Assembly: GCA_963604455.1 (NCBI GenBank)
Contig: CAVCRL010000009.1
Coordinates: 1,817-33,816 of the forward strand
Reading direction: 5' to 3'
DNA: 32,000 nucleotides
Origin: Lachnospiraceae bacterium
GTDB taxonomy: Bacteria > Bacteroidota > Bacteroidia > Bacteroidales > UBA932
Of this stretch, positions 23,984 to 32,000 are shown piece by piece. How positions within the stretch are numbered: position 1 is the first letter of the stretch; every line of letters begins with the position of its first letter. The notes beneath the pieces were generated by a model, which was not told the DNA's origin, made no database searches, and saw only the letters and a program-made list of their open reading frames with translations. Made by a program: the position numbers and the translations under genes.

Positions 23984-25075
23984 TTATACATAAATATTCA
24001 AGCCGACTGCCTTTAATCTGGACTTACCATTTCGAAGATTCCCAAGTACTTCATTGTTACTGTGATATATCACAGAGCCACGTCCCAACAGATGATACAA
24101 AGAGGATCTGTTTTCTTTGCTCCACTTATGAGTATCAGAAACATATCTATTGTCAATGCTCTCACCCCAAATGAAATCAAACTTGTCACGTTCTTCCGCA
24201 GGGATGAATGCATCGCTTAAGAGCAGGACTCTACCATCTTTATGCAACTTTTCCTTGAACATTTCTACAGGATCTTTTCTATCCCCTATAGGTTCTATCG
24301 TCATATTGAACGCGGACCTGTTACCTCCCAAATAAACAACCCGACTTAATCTGTCCATTTTGACAGGCTCTTTATCTGACTCTGACTTTACAAGAATATC
24401 CTCAGATGTCTCAAGGCTAAACAAGAAATTGTACCTTTTCGCCATTCTGATCATCGTCTGTTTATAATATGCTTTTTCATCGTCAGCAAGACCATCATTC
24501 TTAGTGATTCCGATGCGTTCATCATATTGGAATATTTCTGACGCTTTCAACAAGCCTGAGTCTTCCTTTGAAGAAACCCAATACTCGTAATTATCAAAGT
24601 TCTTAAAGGTAAAAGGTGTGCCACCATCGACTTTAGTGATTTTACACTGTGGGAGATTGCAACCGGTAGAGTACGAGACTTTTCTCTCTGAAATCAACTC
24701 GACATCATAACCATAATCCATTGGACACGGAGTGAATAATTCTGAATCTGAATTGGCATCGCCCAATCGTTTCTCAACAAAGACCGGAGAAATCGATGAG
24801 ATTACACCATAGCTATCTTGTGGATCTTCTATACTAAATGATCTCTCACCGATTAACCCTGGCCAGAATTTTCTGACTTCAGGGACATCCTTTTCGAGCA
24901 GATTATGTTCCTCCAAAATTACATAGCGCATCAATCCCAGCAATGCTGAAGCCTGAGGAAGAATACGACTGCGGACTAAATAATTCTGATTTTCCCCATC
25001 GCCAAAAGTCACTTCCCCACCAAAGAAGTAACTGCCGACCGGACGAAGCCGGACAATATATTTAAACTTATCCAT
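23984..25075 (-). CDS. cmr3: Type III-B subunit Cmr3
   Basis: 363 aa, at the canonical position after cas10. It has an N-terminal VRLRPVGSYFFGGEVTFGDG...ILPQASALLGLMRY and a later VVYLGGNRSAF (compare the Cmr3 LGGE motif). Confidence 0.75.
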   Translation of the reverse strand: MDKFKYIVRLRPVGSYFFGGEVTFGDGENQNYLVRSRILPQASALLGLMRYVILEEHNLLEKDVPEVRKFWPGLIGERSFSIEDPQDSYGVISSISPVFVEKRLGDANSDSELFTPCPMDYGYDVELISERKVSYSTGCNLPQCKITKVDGGTPFTFKNFDNYEYWVSSKEDSGLLKASEIFQYDERIGITKNDGLADDEKAYYKQTMIRMAKRYNFLFSLETSEDILVKSESDKEPVKMDRLSRVVYLGGNRSAFNMTIEPIGDRKDPVEMFKEKLHKDGRVLLLSDAFIPAEERDKFDFIWGESIDNRYVSDTHKWSKENRSSLYHLLGRGSVIYHSNNEVLGNLRNGKSRLKAVGLNIYV

Positions 25076-26480
25076 TGCTTACTACTGACACTAAATGTTC
25101 AACATATCTCAACAAGCTATGTATGTAGTCTATAGCCTCTGTTGGATTACTTTCATCTGATTTTAGGCATAATATTTCCTTGATTTTGGCTAAGTAACCT
25201 TGATGCTGTTTGTGAACACTTTCGTTAAAATTATTATTTATAAAGTTCTTCAACAACTTTCTTTTACCACGCGAGTTTTCATTCTGAGCGTCAGGTTGAT
25301 CATCAGGTTGAGATAAAATGTACCGCAGAGGTTGCTCGTGACGCTTCAACCAGAACGTCACACTGTGCAGGAATTTTTGATCACCTGAAAACGAACATAT
25401 TATCAAACCTATGATGGCATTATACAAGTTTACGTTTGACTTTTTGATAACGCCTCCATTAGTCTGACCGCTATGTTTACGCAGTTCCCACACGATTGAG
25501 TTTTTTTCTGGCTGCTCCTTGGCATTCTCCAATAATTCATTCGCTCTTTGGCGAGTCTCCGCCATAGGGTACTTTTCGTAAGAAATGGCCACGCCATAAC
25601 TTAAGGAAGGTTCATTGTCTGTAATATCGACTCCATTCAAGCATTCCCCCAATTCATTATCCAAACCGCTTAACAAACAAAATATGTCTTCCTTTCCATT
25701 ATATAAAGGTGCATAAAAAGATATATCATCACCACCTTGATATATAACCTGGCCACCATACTCCTGAACTTTTGTTCTCATATTCGTACCAAATTTCTGA
25801 AAGCATCCTGACAGAGAAGGATTTACAGCCAGGTTTTGTCCAAAATTATCACCATCAGCGTTAACAAAAACCACATAATGATTCGAGGCCACTTCCGGCA
25901 ATGATTCAAAAACATCCAAATCCATTGGCCCAAAGAAACTTTTCAGGTCAGAAATTTTTTGTTCAAACAGATTTGACAGATAATTATCCCTCTCAATGTC
26001 AGGATAGATATCCCTACATTCCGCACAAGACAGCATATTCTGAATCGCTTTTACCGCAGCAGCGGAATCATCTCTTTCTGACTCGTACTCTACGATGTAA
26101 ATCTTTATCTTGCGCCTAAGGTAGTCGAACATTTGTCCTTCATTCATATTCAAGCCCAGACACCTTACCATCCTTTTCCCCACATCACATAGCACAGTGT
26201 CGCATATCTTCCTCAACGCTTCAATGAAGCTTATCTTGTCAGTCCCTTCAAACACATACTGATCAGGAAATCTACCAATGGAACTTGGATCAAACATTTC
26301 TTTGTTTACCGACGGCTTCAGGAACTTGCAACCGTCATCGAAAAGCGGTTGAACAATCCTTTTTGACAAATCCGAGAAGAAGTAACTTGAAGCCCAGATT
26401 GATCTCGTGCTTTTAGCATAAGACAACACTCGGTCGATCGGGCCGAATGTTATTCCGAAATATTTCTTAGTTTGATTCAT
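25068..26480 (-). CDS. cas10: Cas10/Cmr2, short form without an HD nuclease domain and with an intact GGDD cyclase/Palm motif
   Basis: 470 aa. It starts directly with the post-HD segment (FGITFGPIDRVLSYAKSTRSIWASSYFFSDL). Palm motifs VVFVNADGDNFGQ and VIYQGGDDISFYAP are present (GGDD encoded at 25725-25736). No H-D dyad-containing N-terminal domain is visible. Confidence 0.85.
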   Translation of the reverse strand: MNQTKKYFGITFGPIDRVLSYAKSTRSIWASSYFFSDLSKRIVQPLFDDGCKFLKPSVNKEMFDPSSIGRFPDQYVFEGTDKISFIEALRKICDTVLCDVGKRMVRCLGLNMNEGQMFDYLRRKIKIYIVEYESERDDSAAAVKAIQNMLSCAECRDIYPDIERDNYLSNLFEQKISDLKSFFGPMDLDVFESLPEVASNHYVVFVNADGDNFGQNLAVNPSLSGCFQKFGTNMRTKVQEYGGQVIYQGGDDISFYAPLYNGKEDIFCLLSGLDNELGECLNGVDITDNEPSLSYGVAISYEKYPMAETRQRANELLENAKEQPEKNSIVWELRKHSGQTNGGVIKKSNVNLYNAIIGLIICSFSGDQKFLHSVTFWLKRHEQPLRYILSQPDDQPDAQNENSRGKRKLLKNFINNNFNESVHKQHQGYLAKIKEILCLKSDESNPTEAIDYIHSLLRYVEHLVSVVSNG

Positions 26481-26481
26481 A

Positions 26482-27786
26482 TTACCTCATTTTACTAAAA
26501 TTTCCTTCAGGTCCCAAGATATAACTGACATAGCCTCCAGCAATTGAAGATTTATTCCTTATCTGAACTTGCCTTCGATGATTATTATTTATGTACTCGA
26601 AATACCCTCTTAGAGAGAATCCCTCAGCTATCCTCATATTTTCCAAATCACTAATGTCTTCATTTATAGCGGTATGGGAAATACGGAAACGCATATCCCT
26701 CAACTCATCAGGAATTTCATTTAGTATAATATATACTATAAAACCGTCATTCTTATTCGGGACAGGATGATAATCAATAGGTGATTTGAAACGTATATCA
26801 GCATTAGAATCACTTTGCAAAGTGATTTTATCACCATAAGTTTTCCAATCCTGAGATACAGCCAACCCCAGAGCATCTCTATACAGATTCTTATGCTTTA
26901 TTAATTCCTCTGAATCATCATACTCTTCTTCCATTGCATATGAAATTCTATTATTCGGCTTAACCTTTTTAGGAGAACTCAATTCGTTATAACCTATTAT
27001 GCCACATAGATACTCATACACTTCATTATAATATTGGAAGTTTGTTCTAATCACTGGCTTGTCCCAAACATCATTCATAGAACGCGCATAATAGTACATA
27101 AGTGACTTTATGTAACAATCTGGTTCGTTGACCCCGCTGCGTATAACTTTGTGAAAATAGTGAATGTATTTGAATAACTCCGAAAAATCCGTAAGATTGC
27201 CATCGTATGTTACTGGAATATCAAAATAGTACGACGCATTCTGCGGAACCTGAAAAATCGGTCTGTTGTTTTCCTTATCCATTACGCAGAAGCACCCGAA
27301 ACCTTTATCCTGCCTTGTGCCAAAACTATTATTCGCAAAAAAGTCATCAATAATATCCGCTATACTATCTACAAGCTCAGACACCATAGATATTATTGTC
27401 ACTTCTAGATTCGAAAACATCACCAACTTCTTACGTTTAGCATTACCTGCACCCATATTCGCAAAGAAGATCGGATATAAATTTTCCTTTTGTTGCAGCC
27501 CTTTATTATTATATATAGGGTTATTGTTATCATCCTTCTTATTCTGGACATCAGGTAATATTTTGACAGAAGCACAACTAATCCGCATCTTGTAGTTCAA
27601 TGCCGAATTATGATCTTTAATCCTCCAAGCATCTGGAATAGCCTCTCCTCTCAATGTCTTTGTTTTTATGATAAACCTGTCAAGTTTCGGTTTGACCTCA
27701 GTGGCTCGAAGGCAACAATTCGGATCATCGCCCTGAAAATGCCACATCGGAGTAATCTGTTCTAAATTAAATACTTTCTTATACAT
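26482..27786 (-). CDS. cmr1: Type III-B RAMP protein Cmr1
   Basis: 434 aa, immediately upstream of cas10 as in canonical cmr operons. It has an N-terminal ITPMWHFQG (RAMP beta1-loop type) and a glycine-rich loop, TRQDKGFGCF. Confidence 0.7.
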   Translation of the reverse strand: MYKKVFNLEQITPMWHFQGDDPNCCLRATEVKPKLDRFIIKTKTLRGEAIPDAWRIKDHNSALNYKMRISCASVKILPDVQNKKDDNNNPIYNNKGLQQKENLYPIFFANMGAGNAKRKKLVMFSNLEVTIISMVSELVDSIADIIDDFFANNSFGTRQDKGFGCFCVMDKENNRPIFQVPQNASYYFDIPVTYDGNLTDFSELFKYIHYFHKVIRSGVNEPDCYIKSLMYYYARSMNDVWDKPVIRTNFQYYNEVYEYLCGIIGYNELSSPKKVKPNNRISYAMEEEYDDSEELIKHKNLYRDALGLAVSQDWKTYGDKITLQSDSNADIRFKSPIDYHPVPNKNDGFIVYIILNEIPDELRDMRFRISHTAINEDISDLENMRIAEGFSLRGYFEYINNNHRRQVQIRNKSSIAGGYVSYILGPEGNFSKMR

Positions 27787-27806
27787 CTTGAATCTCGGTT
27801 AAAATC

Positions 27807-28781
27807 CTATTGTTTTGAGTTATTATATGGCGTGCACTGATACCGCCCTAAACCATAATTCACATCGTTGCCGATAGCCAACTGAGACATCATACTCAGC
27901 AATGGAACATAATATGGTGACACACGACCATAGGTTATCGTTCCTACATACCCTGGCATTACATAAACCTTGTCTGAACCTTTCTTTGGAGTACTACGTA
28001 ACGAAATGTACTTTAAATCCGCATTCAACAACCAAGGTTCCACGGCAGGTGCGACCAATCTCTCTATAGAGGTCTCCCAGTCCTCTTTGCTTTTGATATC
28101 ACACAGCCCATCCTCAGCATAGAGTAGAGTAAGGGTGGAAAGCCGGTAAGCCGCCGCGCTTATCCATTGATAAAAAGATGGGAAGCCATTCAGTCTGGAC
28201 TGATAACCGACTTTTATCGCATCAACTGGTTTAGCCAACGCCATCGGAGTCTTGAGACAGAGTCTGACATTTACATTCTCGTCAAAGCATCGCTTGGCGA
28301 AATTATGAAGCCTGAGTTCCCGGCTAACCTTAAGGCTTATTAGATCCAAAGGTACACACGGTTCGCCCAATCCTGTCTCCAGCATATTCTGAATGGCCGT
28401 GATGACTGCAGACTGGAGACGAATCAATCGGCCAAGCAACAAAATATGAAACTTATAAGTTCCAGAGGTCAACAAGATGTACTCATTGCTTGGCAAGGTC
28501 ATAGCGGAGACATCAAAAAGGTACCCTTTAGGGAATCCTCCACTAAGCTGCCTGTAAAGGAAATGATCTTCCGCCAAAGGCAGGGTGTCAAGACGTTCCC
28601 GCAATGAGTCCCCTTCAGGCATTCTAACCTGCTCTGCGGCATAGAGAAAACAATTCCTGACAGCCGCACCAATCCACGCTTTCTGTGAAAGGTCACGGCT
28701 CGGTTTAAACTCCACAGAGATGCGAACGAATGCCAAAGCGTCCAGCGACCGTAAAAGGACAAAATTCTCGTTATTCATCAT
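27807..28781 (-). CDS. cas6: Probable Cas6 crRNA-processing endoribonuclease
   Basis: 324 aa. The C-terminal glycine-rich loop LAIGNDVNYGLGRY resembles the Cas6 G-x-G-x(5)-G-x-G motif. Position in the cmr operon and the need for a repeat-processing enzyme support the call. The assignment is by motif and context only. Confidence 0.6.
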   Translation of the reverse strand: MMNNENFVLLRSLDALAFVRISVEFKPSRDLSQKAWIGAAVRNCFLYAAEQVRMPEGDSLRERLDTLPLAEDHFLYRQLSGGFPKGYLFDVSAMTLPSNEYILLTSGTYKFHILLLGRLIRLQSAVITAIQNMLETGLGEPCVPLDLISLKVSRELRLHNFAKRCFDENVNVRLCLKTPMALAKPVDAIKVGYQSRLNGFPSFYQWISAAAYRLSTLTLLYAEDGLCDIKSKEDWETSIERLVAPAVEPWLLNADLKYISLRSTPKKGSDKVYVMPGYVGTITYGRVSPYYVPLLSMMSQLAIGNDVNYGLGRYQCTPYNNSKQ

Positions 28782-29247
28782 CCTGTTTATTTTTAATCAC
28801 TTGCCTGCCGCTATTCGCCTTGTAGAGTTCGTCGAAGGTCTTGAAATCCTTTGCCCAATGAGCGAAGTATTCGGACAACTTCGAAGGATCCATATCTTTC
28901 TGCTTTTCGTTCGAGCCTTTCCAGACTTTGTCAAAAAGCTCCACTTTGGCCTTGAAATTATCAAAACATCTCTTTGTCCTCGAAGATTCCTTGCATAGTT
29001 CTTCCAAACAGAGGTTCTTGTCCATCAATGCCTTATTGTCATCTTCTAATTTTTTAACGCGTTGTCTTGTCCGATTGGGCACAACGTTATAATGCATCGC
29101 CAAAAGCAAAAGCAGGATCAAGACGGCAAATGCCCAGTTCACAAGGCACGAGTGTTCCTTCAATAATTCACTTGCGTCAAAGCAAACGAGTACCACGATG
29201 CCCACGACAACCGTCAGAAAGCATCCAAATAATTTACTGTTCATCAT
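28771..29247 (-). CDS. Small two-TM / coiled-coil protein of unknown function embedded in the type III-B operon
   Basis: 158 aa. It has TM helices LFGCFLTVVVGIVVLVCF and WAFAVLILLLLLAMHY, then a charged helical tail (RQRVKKLEDDNKALMDKNLCLEELCKESSR...). Its ATGATGA start overlaps the corA stop by 4 nt, and its stop overlaps the cas6 start by 11 nt, which argues for a real, translationally coupled gene. Confidence 0.65.
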   Translation of the reverse strand: MMNSKLFGCFLTVVVGIVVLVCFDASELLKEHSCLVNWAFAVLILLLLLAMHYNVVPNRTRQRVKKLEDDNKALMDKNLCLEELCKESSRTKRCFDNFKAKVELFDKVWKGSNEKQKDMDPSKLSEYFAHWAKDFKTFDELYKANSGRQVIKNKQDDE

Positions 29248-30743
29248 TTTTTCTTTTTATATTTTACAAGGCCGACAGCGAAAGCCACACCTATCAAGGC
29301 AATGACCACCTGCCATATCAAACCATTATTATTCTTCAGCACATCACTCATCTTATTCATTCCCCAGAATCCTGTCACAATCGAGACAGGGAGAAGAATA
29401 GCCGCCATATAGTTCAGTAAGGTCGCCTTCTCATTGCGCTCACGCTCTTCCGCCAACTGGACATACTGGTGCAATTCCTCAATCTCACCATCGAGGTCTC
29501 TGATGTTTTCATCCAATTCCAGACAGGACCGGAGCATAGAGTAAAGCTCAATACCCTGATCCTGAGCGGACACCTCCCGGAAGTTCACTTGATTGATGAA
29601 GCGGATATATTCTTTGTACAATGAGCCTGCCCTTCCGGACAACTCCTCGACCTTCAGATCCTTCATTGAACACAAGTCAGAAACCTCTTTGGAGAACCTA
29701 AGCATCGATGCCCGCTGGACGATGACGAGTTCAGCCATTCTGGCGTAGATGGTCTCAAAATAATCCGTCAGATACGGAGGTGCCGTGGAGTTTGTCAAAA
29801 ACACAAATGAATATCTGCTGACTCCATACAGCGAGCACCATTTACGCCAACGCAAGTAAGTGCGTTTCTTTAACAAGGATGTTTTCATCTCGTCATCCTG
29901 ACAGGTTTCATCTCCAACGTCCACAAACAAGTACTTGTACCAAGAAGAAGAGAAACGAGTGTTGGGGTTACAGTAAGCATCCTCATTATTCGAGAAATCT
30001 TTTGACAGCTCATCGTTCTTGTACCAAGACATCACAAACATACGATCGTCTATCACAGGTTCCGGATGTATGTCTGATGACAATTCTGAAATCAATCTTG
30101 TGATAAAGGATGCCGGTTTCCAGTAATCTTTTGGAGTATAGCTCTCAAAAGTCTCCTCGTAGCTATATTCCGAGCTCAGACCTTCTATCCTTATCCATTC
30201 GCCTATCTGTCCTCGACTCTGGATGTCACCATAGAACGGTGGCATAATACGACGACCATACTGGTTGATTCTCAATATGTCATCCAAGAAACTTTGTTTT
30301 TTGTCCGTATTACGGAGGTAGAATGACAAGAAACCTATTCCCGTGGCATAGAGGTTCAGGTTCATCGATTCGACCTCAAGATCGTATGGCTCATTCCTTC
30401 CGGAAACCTTTATAAGATAACGTACTTCTCTTGAAAGCTGCGGTTCAATCCTCTCGTAATGTCTTATTATATCAGTGTCGGAACCGGAATCATACATAAC
30501 CCTATGAACGAAAGGGTAATAGTAATTCCTCTCAGTGTAGAGGGATGCCGCCTCAATATCATTCGGTGGCTCCGGCACGCGTTTCCAATAAGAATGAGGA
30601 TTGATCTGAATCGAGTTCAAATCAACCTTCTCTGACAAAGAGGCATTTTCTTTCCCGTTCAGTTCCCATTTGAATGGAAAGAAGAAAATATGATAACTAT
30701 AGGTTTGTGTTGGCGCTGGTTTCTCAAAAATGTTTTCAGGCAT
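29244..30743 (-). CDS. corA: CorA-family membrane protein (type III CRISPR-associated CorA effector type)
   Basis: The C-terminus LLNYMAAILLPVSIVTGFWGMNKM...LIWQVVIALIGVAFAVGLV gives two TM helices flanking the CorA GMN signature (encoded at 29355-29363). A large divergent N-terminal cytoplasmic domain precedes it. The first ATG is at 30743; the track start at 30779 is a TTG overlapping the upstream stop. Confidence 0.8.
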   Translation of the reverse strand: MPENIFEKPAPTQTYSYHIFFFPFKWELNGKENASLSEKVDLNSIQINPHSYWKRVPEPPNDIEAASLYTERNYYYPFVHRVMYDSGSDTDIIRHYERIEPQLSREVRYLIKVSGRNEPYDLEVESMNLNLYATGIGFLSFYLRNTDKKQSFLDDILRINQYGRRIMPPFYGDIQSRGQIGEWIRIEGLSSEYSYEETFESYTPKDYWKPASFITRLISELSSDIHPEPVIDDRMFVMSWYKNDELSKDFSNNEDAYCNPNTRFSSSWYKYLFVDVGDETCQDDEMKTSLLKKRTYLRWRKWCSLYGVSRYSFVFLTNSTAPPYLTDYFETIYARMAELVIVQRASMLRFSKEVSDLCSMKDLKVEELSGRAGSLYKEYIRFINQVNFREVSAQDQGIELYSMLRSCLELDENIRDLDGEIEELHQYVQLAEERERNEKATLLNYMAAILLPVSIVTGFWGMNKMSDVLKNNNGLIWQVVIALIGVAFAVGLVKYKKKK

Positions 30744-30775
30744 AACTTTTGGGTTTATATTTTCAGAATATTTTC

Positions 30776-31558
30776 TCAACTATTAGCGAACAGGGCTTCA
30801 ATCCGGGTGGCCATCGATTCGAGCTCGGAGGCGGTGTAGGAGCCTAAGACGGTACCGAGGTAGCCGGAGTCACCGCCACCGTAGAATACCTTCTGGCTGA
30901 GGATGCCTTCGGCGAAAAGGGAACGGAGCTTGTCGGCGTCCTCACCGTAGAACATCAACTCGATGTCTGAATATATCACAAGGCGGCGGTAGGGGTAAAG
31001 GCGGTCACAGATCGGGGAGAACCTTGGGGAGGATGTCTTCACTATGAATATGCTTGATGAATCTCCACGCAGGTTGTGAGCGATGGCATATTCAGCGGCC
31101 ATTTCATCCCCGTCTGTCACCCCCTGTGCCTTGCGGTCAGCCTTGCGGATTGCCTCCACCTCCTGACGTGTCGCTCCAAGTGCCAGCATTCCAGGAATAT
31201 ACCTTGCGTCGTTGGCGCCGACCAGCAGTTGGTGCCGGGAAGGTGTGATATTCAAAACAGACAGGACCTGTTCGATTGAAGAGGGGCTGTCGATGAAGTC
31301 ATTGTGATGGTCAATCCTGACATAATTTGACGGTGGAGGCACGTCCTCTTTCAATTCGATTCCGTAGATTGTGCAATCAGGCTTATCCGCATATTCATCA
31401 AGAATATCACGGTATTCACTCAGGAGAGCGTTGTTCCAACCAAGTTTTTTGTCGGCATAGTTAGTCCTCAACTTATCAAGCAGCTCCCGAATAGTCTGCA
31501 TCTCAAGGTCATATCCGCCTAAAAGGAATATTCTGTAACTCATAATTTTTCTCTTCAT
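30776..31558 (-). CDS. DHH-motif phosphoesterase-like protein, candidate NrN (CorA-associated signal-degrading phosphodiesterase)
   Basis: ~255-260 aa, with an ATG at 31558 or 31543. It has RIDHHNDF (DHH encoded at 31304-31312) and a C-terminal GGGDSGYLG resembling the DHHA1 GGGH motif. It sits directly upstream of corA, as described for CorA/NrN pairs. A canonical DHH motif I (DxD) is not obvious, and the gene is more GC-rich than the rest of the cas locus. Confidence 0.5.
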   Translation of the reverse strand: MKRKIMSYRIFLLGGYDLEMQTIRELLDKLRTNYADKKLGWNNALLSEYRDILDEYADKPDCTIYGIELKEDVPPPSNYVRIDHHNDFIDSPSSIEQVLSVLNITPSRHQLLVGANDARYIPGMLALGATRQEVEAIRKADRKAQGVTDGDEMAAEYAIAHNLRGDSSSIFIVKTSSPRFSPICDRLYPYRRLVIYSDIELMFYGEDADKLRSLFAEGILSQKVFYGGGDSGYLGTVLGSYTASELESMATRIEALFANS

Positions 31559-31646
31559 AATTAGTCGCGCCGGCTCCTGCCCGCCAGCCACGAATGGTAT
31601 CGTTTGAGCGCAAGCTATAATTGGCCCAGTTTATTTCACAGGGATT

Positions 31647-31677
31647 CAAATTTAGGAAATAAATCGTTAAAACCAAA
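31647..31677 (-). promoter_or_regulatory. Candidate Bacteroides-type promoter for the nrn-corA-cmr operon
   Basis: On the minus strand, TTTG (31677-31674), a 19-nt spacer and TAAATTTG (31654-31647) follow in order, matching -33 TTTG / -7 TAnnTTTG. The motif lies ~90 nt upstream of the first ATG of the DHH-motif gene. Confidence 0.45.
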
Positions 31678-31755
31678 TAGAAATTGATGATAAATACCAT
31701 TATTCATCCTACAAGACGGTGACAAAAGTTCACCAGACAGTTTTGATGCAAGGCA

Positions 31756-31814
31756 CGAAAAAAACACTATCCGGAATTTTGGTAACGTGCAAAATTCCGG
31801 ATAGTGTTTTTTCG
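31756..31814 (-). terminator. Long hairpin terminator downstream of the partial minus-strand CDS at the window end
   Basis: cgaaaaaaacactatccggaatttt (31756-31780) and aaaattccggatagtgttttttcg (31791-31814) form a ~24-bp stem with one bulged base and a 10-nt loop. On the minus strand the stem runs into a T7 tract. It starts ~57 nt after the stop at 31871. Confidence 0.65.
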
Positions 31815-31870
31815 CGCCCACACCTGTCACAATGAAAAGTCAGTGACAGACACGAACATATTCATCAGCC

Positions 31871-32000
31871 TCTATTTGCGGCAGGCGTCGGCGATGACCT
31901 TCTCGCTGCGGGCGATGAAGTCGGAGAGCGCCTTGCCTTTGAGCAAGCCGTTGGAAAGGAGGGCGAGGTCGATCACCTGCTTGAGGATGTCGTTGCCGGC
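31871..32000 (-). CDS. 3' end of an unidentified CDS truncated by the window edge
   Basis: The minus-strand frame reads ...AGNDILKQVIDLALLSNGLLKGKALSDFIARSEKVIADACRK* with a stop at 31871-31873. It is GC-rich like the housekeeping genes and is followed by the hairpin terminator. I cannot recognise a family from 42 aa. Confidence 0.4.

Overview
This looks like a Bacteroidota-type chromosomal segment, judged from -33 TTTG / -7 TAnnTTTG promoter-like motifs, little Shine-Dalgarno signal and the gene content. It splits into three parts.

(1) 1-7.9 kb is GC-rich housekeeping DNA: recA 3' end, tdk, an acidic hypothetical protein, rsmI, a ComEA-like HhH protein, rpmH, tadA, a sugar-kinase/nucleotidyltransferase pair and pgi.

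(2) After a ~590-nt repeat-containing non-coding gap, 8.5-18.5 kb is a tightly coupled five-gene minus-strand operon. In transcription order it encodes:
- a secreted, membrane-anchored vWA protein;
- a 1078-aa protein carrying readable tubulin/FtsZ GTP-binding signatures (GLGGSG and NGGTGSG);
- an 809-aa two-TM protein whose N-terminus looks like a motif-degenerate paralogue of that tubulin domain;
- a polytopic membrane protein with a C-terminal transglutaminase-like Cys-His fold;
- a membrane-anchored HExxH...E peptidase.
I know of no experimentally assigned function for this gene set, and it is my main candidate for the undescribed system.

(3) Only 103 nt upstream on the same strand lies a 6-repeat CRISPR array (18599-18977). 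It is followed by an AT-rich type III-B locus: cas2, RT-cas1, a cmr5-cmr6 fusion, cmr4, cmr3, a short HD-less cas10, cmr1 and cas6. The locus also carries a small unknown TM/coiled-coil gene, a CorA-family membrane effector (GMN motif) and a DHH-motif NrN-like gene. That architecture is the one reported for SAM-AMP signalling in Bacteroides fragilis.

Everything from 31.56 kb down to 8.48 kb is co-directional on the minus strand. All calls come from reading the translations and DNA by eye; no database search was possible.
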